Source of the DNA: Ramazzottius varieornatus
Lineage: Eukaryota > Animalia > Tardigrada
Length of the DNA stretch: 64,000 nt
Direction: 5' to 3'
Assembly (NCBI GenBank): GCA_001949185.1
Contig: BDGG01000004.1
Span: forward strand, 1,947,620 to 2,011,619
The position numbers and the translations under genes were made by a program. Shown piece by piece: positions 25,911-39,700 of the stretch (position 1 is the first letter of the stretch; every line of letters begins with the position of its first letter). Under the pieces are notes generated by a model. The model worked only from the letters and a program-made list of their open reading frames with translations, was not told the DNA's origin and searched no databases.

Positions 25911-26840
25911 CCACTGTGGTTATGCTGCCACGTCAGGCCGAACTGAGATCCACATGACGTTAGCCCTGTCGTCATCGCGGAGCACCCTTTTTGTGCAGTA
26001 CGAGTGTCTGGGCGTACACACGAATCTTCCGAAGGAAGCCTGGTGGCTTTGTTCCATATCTTTCATGTGGGACTCATCTCACAGCCATAGTTGCGGAAGT
26101 TAGATGACGGGATGAAGTGAATGGTTGTTTACCTACCAGTTGGTTTACCTACGGTCCATCCTCCTTGTCGAGGGGTTTCGAGGACTGAGACGTCTCCGTT
26201 TACCAGTCCACAATTATAATCCGGTGCCATCTGTTCATGCTTGTGGTTTCGGCAGGAAAATCGGCCTGAATAAAGCAGACAGTTGGTGGTATCCTGTTTG
26301 ATGTATCCTGTATTAACATTTATGCGGCTCTGTCAAAGCGAAATGTGTATTCAAACATTGGATAAGTAGAGTATGTAGGCCTCCTCAGCTAAGGAGGAGA
26401 AGAAAAATCGACCGTGGCTGACAGCTAGAGATGGCTGCGGACTTGCAGTCTTTGGATTTCTCGGTCCACAGTCACTCTCCACCATGCTCTATATGAATAA
26501 TTCCACTTTGTCTTCTCTTCCTACTATCCTCTCCTCCTTTTTCCTTCTGATTCCATCTAACATACACGCTACTGTTTGCAGGAGGGTTTGACAGCCACTG
26601 CGGAAGTCTGAGAACACCGGCAAGATCCACTCTGCTCATATTGGACAGAGGATTATCCATGTTACTCGAGTTTCGCTGTCATCTGGACTCCTAAAGGTCA
26701 CCTCGCCCATTGACGGTATGTGGGGCTGTGAATTGTCACTGTAATTGCCCTGTGTTCCAAAAGGTGGTTACGACTTGATGTCATGTCTGATTTCTACTCT
26801 TTCAATTACAGCAAGATCATGGGATACTTCAAAGGGGATC

Positions 26841-29800
26841 ATGCTGTACTTCACCCAAATAGAAGATGTTTTCAAAGGTTCTTCAAAACTATCGGCTCAA
26901 CTCATTAAAAACTGGCTTACCGTGGGTCTGTTCCTGGCACAACTCTGCTGTGAAGGGAACGCATATCTTAGTTACGGTAAGATGCACTGGGCCGGGAGTG
27001 ATGTTGTTTCCCGAACAATACTCGGTCGACAGAACGTGAGTAGAGATGTTATGCATTAGGGCAGATTCTGAATAGTTATGGGAGGACCTGCACGATTATA
27101 CGGTGGTGTATGTGGCCTAAACGCCGCGAATCGGCTCCAATGGGACTGAATGGATGTTCTACTCACGGTAGCTGCGTCTCCGTCACGATGCAAATCCCCA
27201 CACAATTTTTTGTCGATTTTTTGCCTGTTGAAGTAGGCACTCTAAAAAATTTGAGGAGCTGATTGGTTATTCATACAGCATGTGAGAACGAAAAAAAGCG
27301 TCACCACTTCAACGGACGAATCTAATATTATTTCGGTCAATGTTTGAACATTACTTATTTATTATATTTAGAATCTTTTGTATCCTTTAGGTACGGAAAA
27401 CGAGCAGGAAGAGCTCTTGCGGCACACATTTCAAGGCTACAACACACTGGTCCGCCCTGTTCGAAACCTCAGCGACGCAGTCCATGTTAATTTCGGGATC
27501 GTCCTTAACTTGATTATCAGTGTGGTACGTCGGGTTTCGCTGCTAAATGTTTCGAACTACCATGGCGGGAAGACTGTCGTCAGATAATAAGCTTTATTGG
27601 CTTGTGTGTTACAGAACGAGAGAGACCAAGTCTTCAAGTCGAATATATGGTATCGGCTCGTAAGTTTGTTCAAGCGTTACTTCCGGCTTGCCCTAATAGA
27701 TGCTATAGCTCGCAGCTGTGGGTTGCAGGGATGGAATGACCCACAGCTATCGTGGGTGCCAGAGCAATACGGCAACATCCAGAGTTTGAGGATGCCCGCG
27801 GATCGCGTGTGGACCCCCGACATAGTTTTGTATGTTTCTCAACTAAAGATGGGACGTGGGCTAATGATTTGAACCAGATTGTCATCTTAAGTGGCGCACG
27901 GTTTCAGCCAACAACAATGGAGACCGCGCGCCACTGCGGATAACAATCTGGTTCAGTCCATTTTCCCACGTCCCAGGTACTGTGGTCGAACTGATTGGGG
28001 TTTGCTTGTAGACTCAACAATGCGGATGGAAAATATGGAGTTTCCTATAAATCGAATGGTAAGGGGCTTATAAAGATGTACTCTACAAGATTAACTATTC
28101 AGGAATAGACCCATCGGATTAGTCATGATCCAGTGGAAGTATCTATCCCAGTTCACATTCCAGGCACTATGGATTTTATCAAGCGAAAGCGTTAAAGTAC
28201 ACTCTGCATTCTCCTCTATTCATCTTCATATTAATTTTTCCAAAATTATGGATGGCTATCTTTTGAAGTGTCATCTACCGTATTCTAATGCCCCAGCACA
28301 TTACTCGAGATCTGTGGCGATCGACTTCGGGTTTTTGTTGTCAAAATACATTGCTCGAGTAGCAGTTCTCGCGTCCATCCGTATCGGGGATGAAACTGGG
28401 AACCATCGCTGGACAATACTCAGAAGATAAAGATAAACCATGCGAAATTTTTGTGTTCTTACAGTGGTGATCTACAGTCGCGGGGATATCATCTGGTTAC
28501 CGCCCACTATTTACAAAAGCACATGCGAGATAAATGTGCGTTTCTTCCCCTTTGATGTAAGGTTCTCGACCACTTTCTCGAATATACTGGTTGCGAAACC
28601 ATTATTACACGGAGAATACTTACGTTTCAGATCCAAACGTGTAGCATGCGCTTCAAATCATGGACCTGGAATGCTCAAGAGGTCCTGCTGGAGTCTTTCG
28701 AGGATGGAAACTTTGTTGACCTGAGTGACTACACTGATTCAGGTACGTGTATATATAGTACATCGTAAGTTCCATGTTATGGTTTCGATGTTTTGGTCGA
28801 TAGATAATCTTTCCAGCAGTTGACACTCTCTTACATTTCAGGAACCTGGGACATTCTGGAGGCTCGTGGTCACCCTCTGTATTACTACAGCGATGGCCAG
28901 CCACGAATGGAGATGGTATACCAGTTCGTCATTCGCCGACGCCCTCTTTTCTACACCGTCAATTTGCTCATTCCGACGTGCCTTGTAACCTTCCTGACAG
29001 TAAGCTTCTTGATCAAAAGCATAACCCGGTACCTGAAACTTTGAGCTATATTCCGTGTTGTTGACCTAGGTTCTCGTGTTTTACTTGCCAACGGCCAGCG
29101 GGTAAGGTCCTTCGACGTTCTCGACATCAAAAATTGAACCACTTTGTTTTCCTTTCCAGTGAAAAAGTCGCACTTAGCATTTCGATTTCTGGTAAGCTGA
29201 AGACTGTGTCTTAAAATGAGACGGGATATGTGGTTGGATGATGCACTGTCGGACTAACGTGCGCCTCTTGTCGAAAATCTAGTCACGCTCGTATTCTTCT
29301 TGCTACTGGTTAGCAAAATCCTTCCCCCTTCAAAAGAACTGGCACTGATGGCGAAGTAAGTACATACCGGTGAAATCTACGGTTGAATTTCGAGTAACAA
29401 CTTTTTGTTCTTCCCAGATACTTGCTCTTTGCTTTCATCATGAATTTTATATCTGTGCTGGTCACAGTTTGCGTGATTCACATGCACTGTAAGTTGGCGG
29501 ACGTTGTAAATAGCCGCTATATTTGTGCAATCGATCATATCGTTGGATAATCTATGTTTCAGATAAAAGTCCGAAGACGGACCACGCCCCGCCCAAATGG
29601 GTTCAGTATTTATTTTTTTCCATCTTGCCTACTATCTTCTTGATGCGTCGCCCACGACGCTATCGACATCTGCAGCAGTTCTCGTTGCGGACCTTCTCAG
29701 TAGTTAGTCTGAGAACCCGAACAAGTCGAAGTGAGAGCAGTTCAAATCGATCCGGCAAGCAACGCAATAATGGCTCTTCGAATCCAGTTCAACAAGAGGC

Positions 29801-30209
29801 TACACTCGATCCTCAAGAAGCTCAAGTACGATCTCTCAACACGGTTCAAGCTCCACCAAACTTGGCTCGAAGCGAGTCTATCACGTCCGATCTCCTCGAC
29901 GAATCCCCGCAAGTCACCGAAGACCGCACTTACTGCATGGAGGCTATTGCAACAATAGCCAACTCATACCGGAGGAGGGACTTTGTGAAATCGGTTAGTG
30001 CGTTCTGTAATTTTGGTTTTTGTTCTCTTCCGCGTTTTCTGTTACAATTATCTGTTTCTTTCTTGCAGGTCGAAGAAGATTGGAAATTCTTTGCAGCGGT
30101 AATCGACCGCGGGTTGCTTTGGGTCTTCTTCATTGTGACATCAGCTGGGTCCCTCGGAATTTTAATTAGGGAGCCCGAAGTGTTTGAATACGTTCGACAT
30201 GTTCGATGA
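26841..30209 (+). CDS. Nicotinic acetylcholine receptor non-alpha (beta1-like) subunit
   Basis: YNTLVRPV, loop D KSNIWYRL, WTPDIVL, Cys-loop STCEINVRFFPFDIQTC, loop C without vicinal Cys (GTWDILEARGHPLYYYSDGQP), M2 ...LLLVSKILPP and M4 EDWKFFAAVIDR. The signal-peptide exon (26841-~26976) is tentative. Confidence 0.9.
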
Positions 30210-31740
30210 AAGCCCGCCTAGGAACAATCAGACCCTTTTCTCTTTATCAATTTGCCTTTTACCAATTTGTCGCTGGGTTGGTGTGTGAGAAAACTGTCTC
30301 ACAGAGTTGCGCAGAGCATTAATGGTTTGTTCGATGTTTGGATCTCACTTACGGTACTGTTAACAAAAATCAAATTCAGGGTTCATAAATGAGACATGAG
30401 CAAATATGATCAAAAACAGATCGCTCTCCCAAGTGGCGCACGCTTTCTGCCAACAACACCGAGAGCGTGCGTCACTTGAGGCATCGATCTGTTTCAAGCC
30501 ATTTGGCCAGGTGTCAAATAATGACTGGTAACCCGGTATTCGTTTACGGCCCGGTATCACAAAAAACGCAGATTATATGCAAGAAGTTTCTACTGTAGGA
30601 GATCGTTCAAATCGCGACCCATCAGCAGAGTTCTAGAACGACGGGCTCATCAATCATATCAATTTTTGACGTTGCTGGCGAATGTGATGCATAGTTGAAA
30701 TCTTCACGTCACGATGCTCACTTTGGTTCCCCCTTATGGACCTGATGAGGCGTCTCCATGAAGACACTTGAGCTGCTGTAATTCAGGAAGCATTTGCGGG
30801 ACGAGTCGATAGTCTTCTCGTCAAAAGGTCGAGACTGGCTCTTCACATGCTGCAGTAGACGATAGACGCTTACCAACAAGCAAACAATATTCCACCGACA
30901 CTTTGGACACTCCACATTCATACTGTACATCTGTGACGAACGTGGCTCCTATACAATGGGACGTGACACACAGTGAGTTGGTAAACATAAAAATGTCGAA
31001 ACGGATTGGCGATTTTCCAATCAGCCTTGCATGCTTGGAGATCAACGATAGATGGTCGGCGGATTTCCTGCCTTCAAGTCTCTGGAGACTTCGCTACTCC
31101 GCAAATGCACACGATCGGCACGAATCTCTTCTCCATCGCCGATCCCGCCTTTTCTTTTTTAACAAGCACGGATGCACTGAATCGTGCGATAATCCGGCTC
31201 CCGGTACCCTCGTATGGCGTACATCCTGTGCTCAGGCTGTGTAATGACGTACAGTACCGACGCGCCCTTTTTGGGTGGTCGCATTTGTAGCTCCAGCAAA
31301 AGTTCCCCATATATATGTTCATGATTTTGCATGTACGATCGAATCTCTTGACTCCAGAAACAATACTCCTATCTCCCGTCATGTCATCATCGCGCCTGCG
31401 GGTCCAACCTGCTCTTGTGCCGAAAACTGATCTGCGATCGCTCCACGACCTCCGTAAGCTGTAGGGTGATGGTCTAGTTGGCTGGATGTCTCGCACCGGG
31501 AATTTTGCTCGTTTTTATGCTCTTTCTAGTGGGTAATTGAACAACATGAAGTTGTTGGATATGCTCGTAGTAAGTGCATGAGCTCGAGAGACAGATCGGG
31601 ACTGGTATCTCGATTTCCAGATAGAAGAATTGTAGCCCGATTGTGATCCGAGTGATTGGATACAACAAAGCCGGATCAGCCACCAGCTGTTTCATTCACT
31701 CTATCCAGGAACTCGGAAACCCCGAGTGGCGCAGTTCAAG

Positions 31741-34700
31741 ATGCTGTCCTTCACCAGAAGAGACTGTGGATCATATTTGGCGCTAATAATTGTTCAACTG
31801 TGGTGGCTGCTGCAAGGTAATGAAATTCATTCTCCTCTCCTTTGTTGTTCGGTGGTGCCGAAATTCCAGCTAAAGATCTTCCTTTTGAAGTTTCAAGTTT
31901 CAATGACATGCCTTAATTGTAGTGGCTCTGTGAGCTTCGGTACTAGTGTACTCGATTGCGATGACCTTTAGTACCACAGTGAGGCAATGCCCAGCAGCTG
32001 GTGCCTTTGTGTTCAGCGGGAAGGGAACAGTTTACTCACCCAGGAAGAACCTAGCGTATCGAATATCGTATCGATGCTGCCTTTACCACAAATGCTGATT
32101 CAAAGTGGCCCGTGCGACTGTTTACTTTGAGCATCCGTGCTTCTGCTCATTTCAAAAATGGCCGAAAGGTTGTGTCAGCTGCTGTGTACACAACCGGCGA
32201 CCGGAAAAGCCATCCTGCCCCATCAAAAAATTTATACTATACCGCTGCTCAGAAGATACTGTCCATTGTATTAAGAAAAAGCATGTCCTAGTTTGCTAAA
32301 TATGAGTTTGCGGGGCGGAAGCGCGGAGTGGTACAGGCGAGACTCTTCAGCAGCTCTTGGGATGGCCAGAGAAAATAGTAATCCATTTGCGATTGTCAGA
32401 AGTTTATCTTGTGATTTTAGAGGGTGGTCCGTTTATCGCGGTTTTCAATAGAAAGAGCTCCGTGGAGCTTACAAGTAATTGGCAAATAGTGGCCAATGGT
32501 GTAATTAAGTAATGAATCGAATCTAGTGTGGAATGAATCTCAAATAGCTGATTACCATGTTAAACACAGCTTGTGGCATCTTTATCGATTTCTTCACAGC
32601 CCGCCAACGATAACGTTGTTTTTCCCTTGCTTATTGTGAGCGAGGATCAAACTTTCTCAAAACAAGGATATCATTCGCTCAGCTCACCGCATTTTTCACA
32701 AAACAATCTTCGGATCGACTGAGAATAATCAGCAATCAAATTTTTGCTTTTGAGTGTAAGCTTCCGTAACCAGTCAGGTCTTATATAGAGTCTTCTCGTT
32801 ACTGGTATAAGTGGCAGGCATCTTTGAACTTTTAAGGTCGTCCAACAATTTCCGATTGTTTAGCTACCCTTTTCGTGTCCAAGGGGCGCATAAGGGTGCA
32901 TCGGCACAGCCGGAAGTATTAGGAAAGCGATGTATAGCATCAAAAGATGACATCTTCACATCGTATTCCAGCTACAGATTATTCTATAGACGAGTAACAT
33001 CGATCGGAAGTCTCTTCTGCACGGCTGCTTTCCGGTCTTTTCAAGAGAAACCGACCCAGTCGTTCGTTTCCGGCTCCCCAACGTAATCTTATACTTGTAA
33101 AAGTTTTATAGAAGAGGCAATGAGTTTTAAGAGAAAAAATCGGAAACGTAGTTAGCAACACGATAGACAAAGAAATCTTCTGGTCAACAAACCAGGATTT
33201 TTCGCAGGTGCCTACGCCAACACCGATGCCAAACGGCTTTACGATGACCTTCTTTCTTCGGTAAGGGTTTGAAACCTATTAAGAATTCAGCTTGCGATAA
33301 GTTTGACACCCTGCTACAGTACAACAAACTGATCCGTCCAGTTGGAAACAACACTGAACGACTCACGGTAACCAAAATTGAAGACCTGACTATAGCTTAA
33401 ATGGAAAGAGCTGACGACTGATGATCTGCTTTCCCTTGCACCAAAAGGTCAAAATGGGGCTTCGGCTATCGCAGGTAACAATTTCGAGTCTTTAATCTCC
33501 TTTGACCGTCGGTCGGTCTGTTTTTGTGATTTCACCATTTTCATCTGTTTGTAGTTGATCGACGTGGATGAAAAGAACCAGATCATGACCGTCAACGTAA
33601 GGTTTTCAATCAAAGTAGGCCGAATTCTACATTCAGTTCTTCATCGCGGTTTCAGGTCTGGGTTCGCCAAGAATGGAACGACACAAAATTAAAGTGGAAT
33701 CCGAAAGAGTATGGCGGAGTAGAGAGGCTTTATGTGCCGGTAATCAAGTCGCACCCATGGACGAATATCACATAATTGGCTGTTGCTTTCATGACCAGCC
33801 ATGAATTTCTCCCGTTGTAGAGCACCATGATATGGCTACCGGACATCGTTCTGTAAGTTCTCAGTAGTTCACCGGATGTGTGGACTGACATAGGTTGTAC
33901 TTCGAATGTTTTGTCTATTTCACAGGTACAACAAGTAAGAAAGCTATAAGATTTCTGATGTACCTGGAATGATGATCGCGAGCGCTCGGCAAGTACTGTA
34001 TCGTACGAACTGTCAACGGTGTACTAAAATAGTGCCGACGGGAATTACGAAGTGACACTGATGACTAAAGCCACCCTTCACCCCGATGGATTGGTGATAT
34101 GGGAGCCGCCAGCCATCTATAAGAGTTCCTGTTCCATAAACGTCCAGTACTTTCCGTTCGACATTCAGGTACCGACTTAGTACAGTACGTTATTTGCTCC
34201 TTAGCCGAAGCTTCCGTACACCAGCTGAAATATAACATTTTTCCTCACTCTGCGGTACCGGATTATCAAATAACGTTTATTTCTCGTTTTCAGGACTGCA
34301 CGATGAAATTGTGCGTATGGGGTACTCTGGGCACCACAGTTCTTCTCTGCGGAACCCTCATTTCTTGTTGCAGTGGGTCATGGACCTATGACGGGTTCCA
34401 GGTGGACTTGAAGCACATAGACGAAGTTTCCGGCACCAACTTGATCAGAAACGGCATAGACCTGATGGAGTATTACCCAAGTGTATGAACGGCAAACTTT
34501 CTGAAACCTTTTTCTTGCAGTTTACGTATTACGTGTTATTCTGTCCTTTTAGGTAGAGTGGGAAATAATAGGCGTACCGGCCATCCGAAATGAGAAATTT
34601 TATCCCTGCTGCGCGGAACCGTATCCGGTATGAAAGGATGAACGGGCGTCGTCGTGTGAATGTAACCGAGTATCACTCGTTTTGCAGGACATCACGTTCA

Positions 34701-36532
34701 ACGTCACAATAAGAAGAAAAACACTGTTTTACACTGGTAAGGAATCGTCGGTCCAGAAAGTCCTTAAACACCAGCCGGTCAGTTTCAGCAATAAAGCTGT
34801 CCGTTCTGCCATTTATTGCAGTCAATCTCATCATACCGTGCGTAGCCATCTCCTTCCTAACCGTCTTGGTTTTCTACCTGCCGAGCGCAAGCGGGGAAAA
34901 AGTAGGATTCCATGCGGGCATCAGTTCATGGAGCAAACCCGCCGAAAAATCAATTTTTGTAGGTGACTCTATGTATCTCCATTCTTCTGTCACTGACCGT
35001 GTTCTTCCTCCTTCTGGCAGAGGTGAGTGTCCTGGCAGGTTGACTTATAATAATTAGAAAGTCGTGTAAGACCAAGCGTTTTCTTCGTTTGCAGATTATT
35101 CCTCCGACCTCTCTTGTCGTGAGTACAACTCGTGTCTTTTTGCGGAAAAGACCAGTTTCCGTATCGGGAAATCTGTACAGTGCCGAGTTGTTTTCAGGTT
35201 CCTCTGATAGGGAAGTACCTATTATTCACAATGGTTCTCGTAACATTGTCCATTGTGGTCACAGTGGCCGTAAGTACTCTGATCTTTCAGGAATATCTTG
35301 CCGTCCTTCACCGTAGTAATCCGTCCTCTTTTGTAGGTCCTCAATGTCCATGTACGTCCATTTCCTTGTCTGCCATAAATATCTTTTGTAGAAGCCTTTT
35401 CTTTTACAGTTTCGGTCCCCTTCCGCCCATCGCATGGCACCGTGGTATGAAGAGCCTGAGATAATTGCTGACCGGCTGTTTTATAACAAGAACCAGTGGT
35501 CGTTTCCAGGGTTAGAAGAATATTCATCGAGATACTTCCGCGTGTTCTTTGTATGCAGCGTCCAGTGGATGACTGGCACAACAGTTCCCATCAGAATCGA
35601 GTACGCATTCGAACCTGTAATGGGGTGGAAATTCGTGAGAGCCATGGCGGGGAGGATGCCATGCATATGGGAGTGAGGAATCGCGCTCCGTCCAAAGTAC
35701 GGGAAACGGGCTTTGACGCCATGAGAAACTCCAGTTCATGGCTCTCGAGGGGAAATGATTTGAGAGACATGGACATACTGACAGTGAACAGCCAGCTGGA
35801 CGCCGAACGGATAGGGCTTCGGGACAGGAAAAAGTACGCGCCTGACATCCAAAAGGCCGTGGAGGGCGTGGTCTACATCGCCGATCATATCCGGAAAGCC
35901 GAAGAACTCAACGAAGTGATGGAAGATTGGCAGTTTGTCGCGATGGTTCTTGGTAAGGTTGCCCATCTATTCGACGTCTACTGACTTTCAATCCTCTGAC
36001 AAACCCTGCACAGAACCTCACGATTAACAATGAACGGAAGACCTCTCACTCATTTTGAAATCAAGTAAGAGCCTATGCTCATTTATATGAGATACTGCGT
36101 TAGTTAGCCTAGTTTCGAGAGCTGCCGTGAAAGCACGCGTTCCACTTTGGATGGACGTTTATGGTGAGGAAAGCAGAAAGCACGAAGTGAACTGTTTTAC
36201 AGTAAGTAATTGGATTTTTATCCCCCTGGCAGTAGCCGAACGTGTCCTCCCTCGACGGGAGTGCAGTTGTGTTTACACTAACGGGAGCAATTCAGCATAA
36301 TTCTGATGGTATAGTTGGCTGCCTCTTGAGACGCACGACTACCCAGTAGAATTGCCCGAACAAAGCAATAAAGCACTGATTTTATTGCTGACAAAGCTGT
36401 CTTTTGGATGTTGCAGATCGATTATTCCTATGGATCTTCACACTAAGCTGCGTTATTGGAACTTTGGGCATTCTGCTCGACGCGCCCATGTTGTTCGATG
36501 CGCGGGAAGCAATCGATAAAAAGAAGCTTTGA
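31741..36532 (+). CDS. Nicotinic acetylcholine receptor alpha subunit (arthropod alpha1-4/8 type), ~21 exons
   Basis: Signal exon [60 protein letters not shown], loop [14 protein letters not shown]2 [23 protein letters not shown], and last exon DRLFLWIFT...KKKL*. Confidence 0.94.
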
Positions 36533-36793
36533 TTACCGTCTATATCATATCTTTAAAAACTTTAGACAATCTGAAAACTGTTTACATGTCCTATTCGTAT
36601 TCATGTTTAATACTAAACCAACCGGGAAAAAATCAAGTCTAAATAGTAATTTACGTTTGTCAGCAAATTTCGAAAATTCAAGTATGAAATTACATTCTTT
36701 GGCAAGTAAAATTGAGAAACCGGGCTTGAGTATTGAAACCAGGTAGCGAACTTTCGTGTGAACAGCAGAAGAACCACTTGGCATTCTTTCGAA

Positions 36794-39700
36794 TCACGCG
36801 GGTAGAGAAGAGATCGAGTCTTTGGCCTGTGTGGGAGATAACGTGGGCGTGTCACCCGTGGGAACCACTTACGGTACTACTGACCAGAGACGACGTACGC
36901 GGTTCGGACTTACCTCAAACAGACATTCCATGCTTTCATCGGACCCGGGTGTCACATTGTAGCAAAACTTCTTCGGAATAGCTTCCGTCGTGTCATACAA
37001 GCTAGGAGCTCGCAGAATGATCAGTAAGGTGCCCACCACGCAGGCAATGGAGAATATCCAGAGGAACAACCTGTCCAGCACCATCGCCACATACTTCCAA
37101 TCTTGAACAGTCTACAGTCAAACATAGTTCATCATTGCAACGCACATTCTTTTAGACAAATTCCCCTACATTGCCAAACGCGTCGGTTTCCCGGATATGG
37201 TCAGCGATGAAGCGGATGCCGTCAATAGCTCGCTGGACATCGGTAGAGTACGCGGAACGATGCCGAAACTCTTCATAATCCTGGTTTAGAGTGTCCATTC
37301 GTGGACTAAAAGGCTGCACATACAGCAGCTGTTGCTGTTGTTGATTCCCGAACGGCGACTGTCGTCGAGCTGCCACTCTTGGGTCCTCGTCATGGCTGTA
37401 CCGGTTGTTGACAGCATGATCTTGGTCCCGTGCACGGTGCGTCGGCCGCCTCATCAGAAGGATCCGGGGCAAAATTTGGATGAAAAGGCGGCGCACCCAC
37501 TTCGGCATTCTGTGCGTTGCCGGATTCCGGAACTGAAGATGGATAGAAGAACAAGATAATTTTATTCAAGCTACCAAACCGGAAGTAACGTCATGGATAC
37601 TTACATGAACATTCAACACGGTGATTGTCACGACGATCGACAAGGTTACAAGGATCATTGTGAACAGCAGGTATTTGCCAATCAGCGGTATCTGAAATGC
37701 AAAACATAAACTATGATCCTTCCCCATCAAAGGTGCATGTCTCTGGCTGATGTCAAGCTCACCACAAGAGAAGTTGGCGGGATGATCTGAAAGAAAAAAT
37801 TAATTCAGCGCATGATAAAGTGTCGAAACTGGAGAGACAACGTACCTCGGCCAAAAGCAGGAAAAACACAGTCAGCGACAGCAAGATGGAAATACACAGC
37901 GTTACTTTTTCCCCACTGTCACTGGGCAGATAGAAGACCAATATTGTCAAAAAGCTAATGGCGACACAGGGCGAGATCAAGTTCACTGCAAATCAAACAC
38001 GGGTAATTATTAGCGAGGTCTTCACTGGGCGACTGACAGGGTCACGAGTGAAAAGATGTGTCCGAATTATTTACCTGTGAAGAAGAGAGTTTTCCTTCGG
38101 ATGACAATAGTGAAGGTGATGTCTGGGTAAGGTTCCTGGCAGCATGGGTAATAGATTGTGTGCCGTCTTGCCGGAACCTATTGCGAACACTATAGTACTG
38201 TAGCCGTAAATTTTATCGAATTTGTAATATTTTGTACCTGGAGAATATCCCATTCTATGCTCGGATAGTACTCCGAAAGATCCATGCCGATCTTGATATC
38301 GATGCTGTCGTTGATGTAACCGCGCAAAGGCTTCAGGTCCACCGCCCATCCGTCATACGTCCAGCTTAAGCAAAACTTTCATTTGACACTGTCGATACGC
38401 CCAGTTCGTAGAGTTCTTCGCAGAGGTAAACAAGGAAAAGGGACGTGCACAAACCTGCCAAACTTCATCTTGCAGCTCTGCTGGTCCTGCAAAGACGTAA
38501 ACAGTTCTGTTGCACCGGAACTCTCGATCAGAATACAGAAGGGTGTCGTAAATTAGAGTGCAACATTACATATGGAAAATATTCAACGTTGATCAGGCAG
38601 TAGCTCTTGTAGATGGCCGGTGGTTCCCATCTGACATCACCCGTGAATCGGACTTCCACTTTCGTCATCAGCGTCACCTCGTAATTTCCATCCGCACTGT
38701 GGATTAGAGAACGTTCAGTACCGCCGGCAGTTTGGTTGCGTAAACCGAGATCTTGGGGAGGAACGCCATAACCTACTTGTTGTATCTGCAAACAACATGA
38801 ACATGAACATGAACCAGATAACATGAATTTGGTGGTGATAAAGTTTTCTATGACTGGGGACTCGTATTTAGCGGTGAGAGAACTCACAGTACGATATCCG
38901 GCAGCCACATATACTCAGACGGAATGTAGAGCACGGTGATATTTCCGTATTCGGATGGATCCCACCGAAGCTTGTAATCATTCCATTCCTGTATTAAAAC
39001 TTAATCAGTTTTCCGTCGGATTCGCTCGTATGACAATTTAAGAGATCCCTTGTACCTGTCGAACCCAGACGTTGGTCGTTATCACCTGGTTGACTTCATC
39101 CTGCAATTATATGTTATCAACTGACAACCGAACTTCCGGGTCGGTGGTGACAACCGAACTTCCGGGTCGGAGAGCCGATAAGTTTCTTGACAGCCTCTCG
39201 GCTGGAAAAACAATATAAACTATGCATGAGTCCAATTGTCCTATGCAGATTCCGTTACATTTCTCGAAAATGGTTCTTTTTTCTTATAATTTGGGAAGGA
39301 ACTTGAGGTCCTACGTATTCGAACTTCGTAATTCTGCTTTAACGTCTCTGAGCTGCTCTTTCGTCGTTGGCTGTCCAAAGCGACGTTTTCACGCATGGAA
39401 ATTAAAATTATCCGATAAAGTGAAGTGCACTTCCTGATATTGCGATGTTCGTCTTATACACGCAATTTCCTGCAATCTTCTCCCACTCCCGAGGGGCCAT
39501 CCTCATGATAACTACTCGGTCCAACAGCTGTCATCACTTTAGACAATATTGCTTAATTCCTCGAGCCACAGTAGGCGACCAGCCAAGTTGTTTGTCAGGA
39601 GTACAGCCTCTCCCGTTAGAATTCTGGCAAAATTCACTTCATTACAGCCAACAGGAAGTTAATCCTAACAGAAAATCTGAAATGAAAATTTTCACATCAC

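Noticed and set aside
27908-27977. Possible in-frame cassette exon in the beta nAChR intron
   Set aside because: The downstream intron would be only ~33 nt, below others seen here, and it would insert ~23 aa into loop A.
31074-31496. 140-aa minus-strand ORF between the nAChR genes
   Set aside because: Non-ATG start, no motif or splice support; probably promoter or 5'UTR of the alpha gene.
36690-36786. Cys-rich alternative last exon for the minus-strand alpha (NAKWFFCCSH...)
   Set aside because: It needs a weak AAG acceptor downstream of a better CAG acceptor that reaches a stop at 36794.
39122-39170. 23-bp direct repeat as a CRISPR-like or att site
   Set aside because: Only two copies with a 3-nt spacer in a eukaryotic intron; a simple local duplication.
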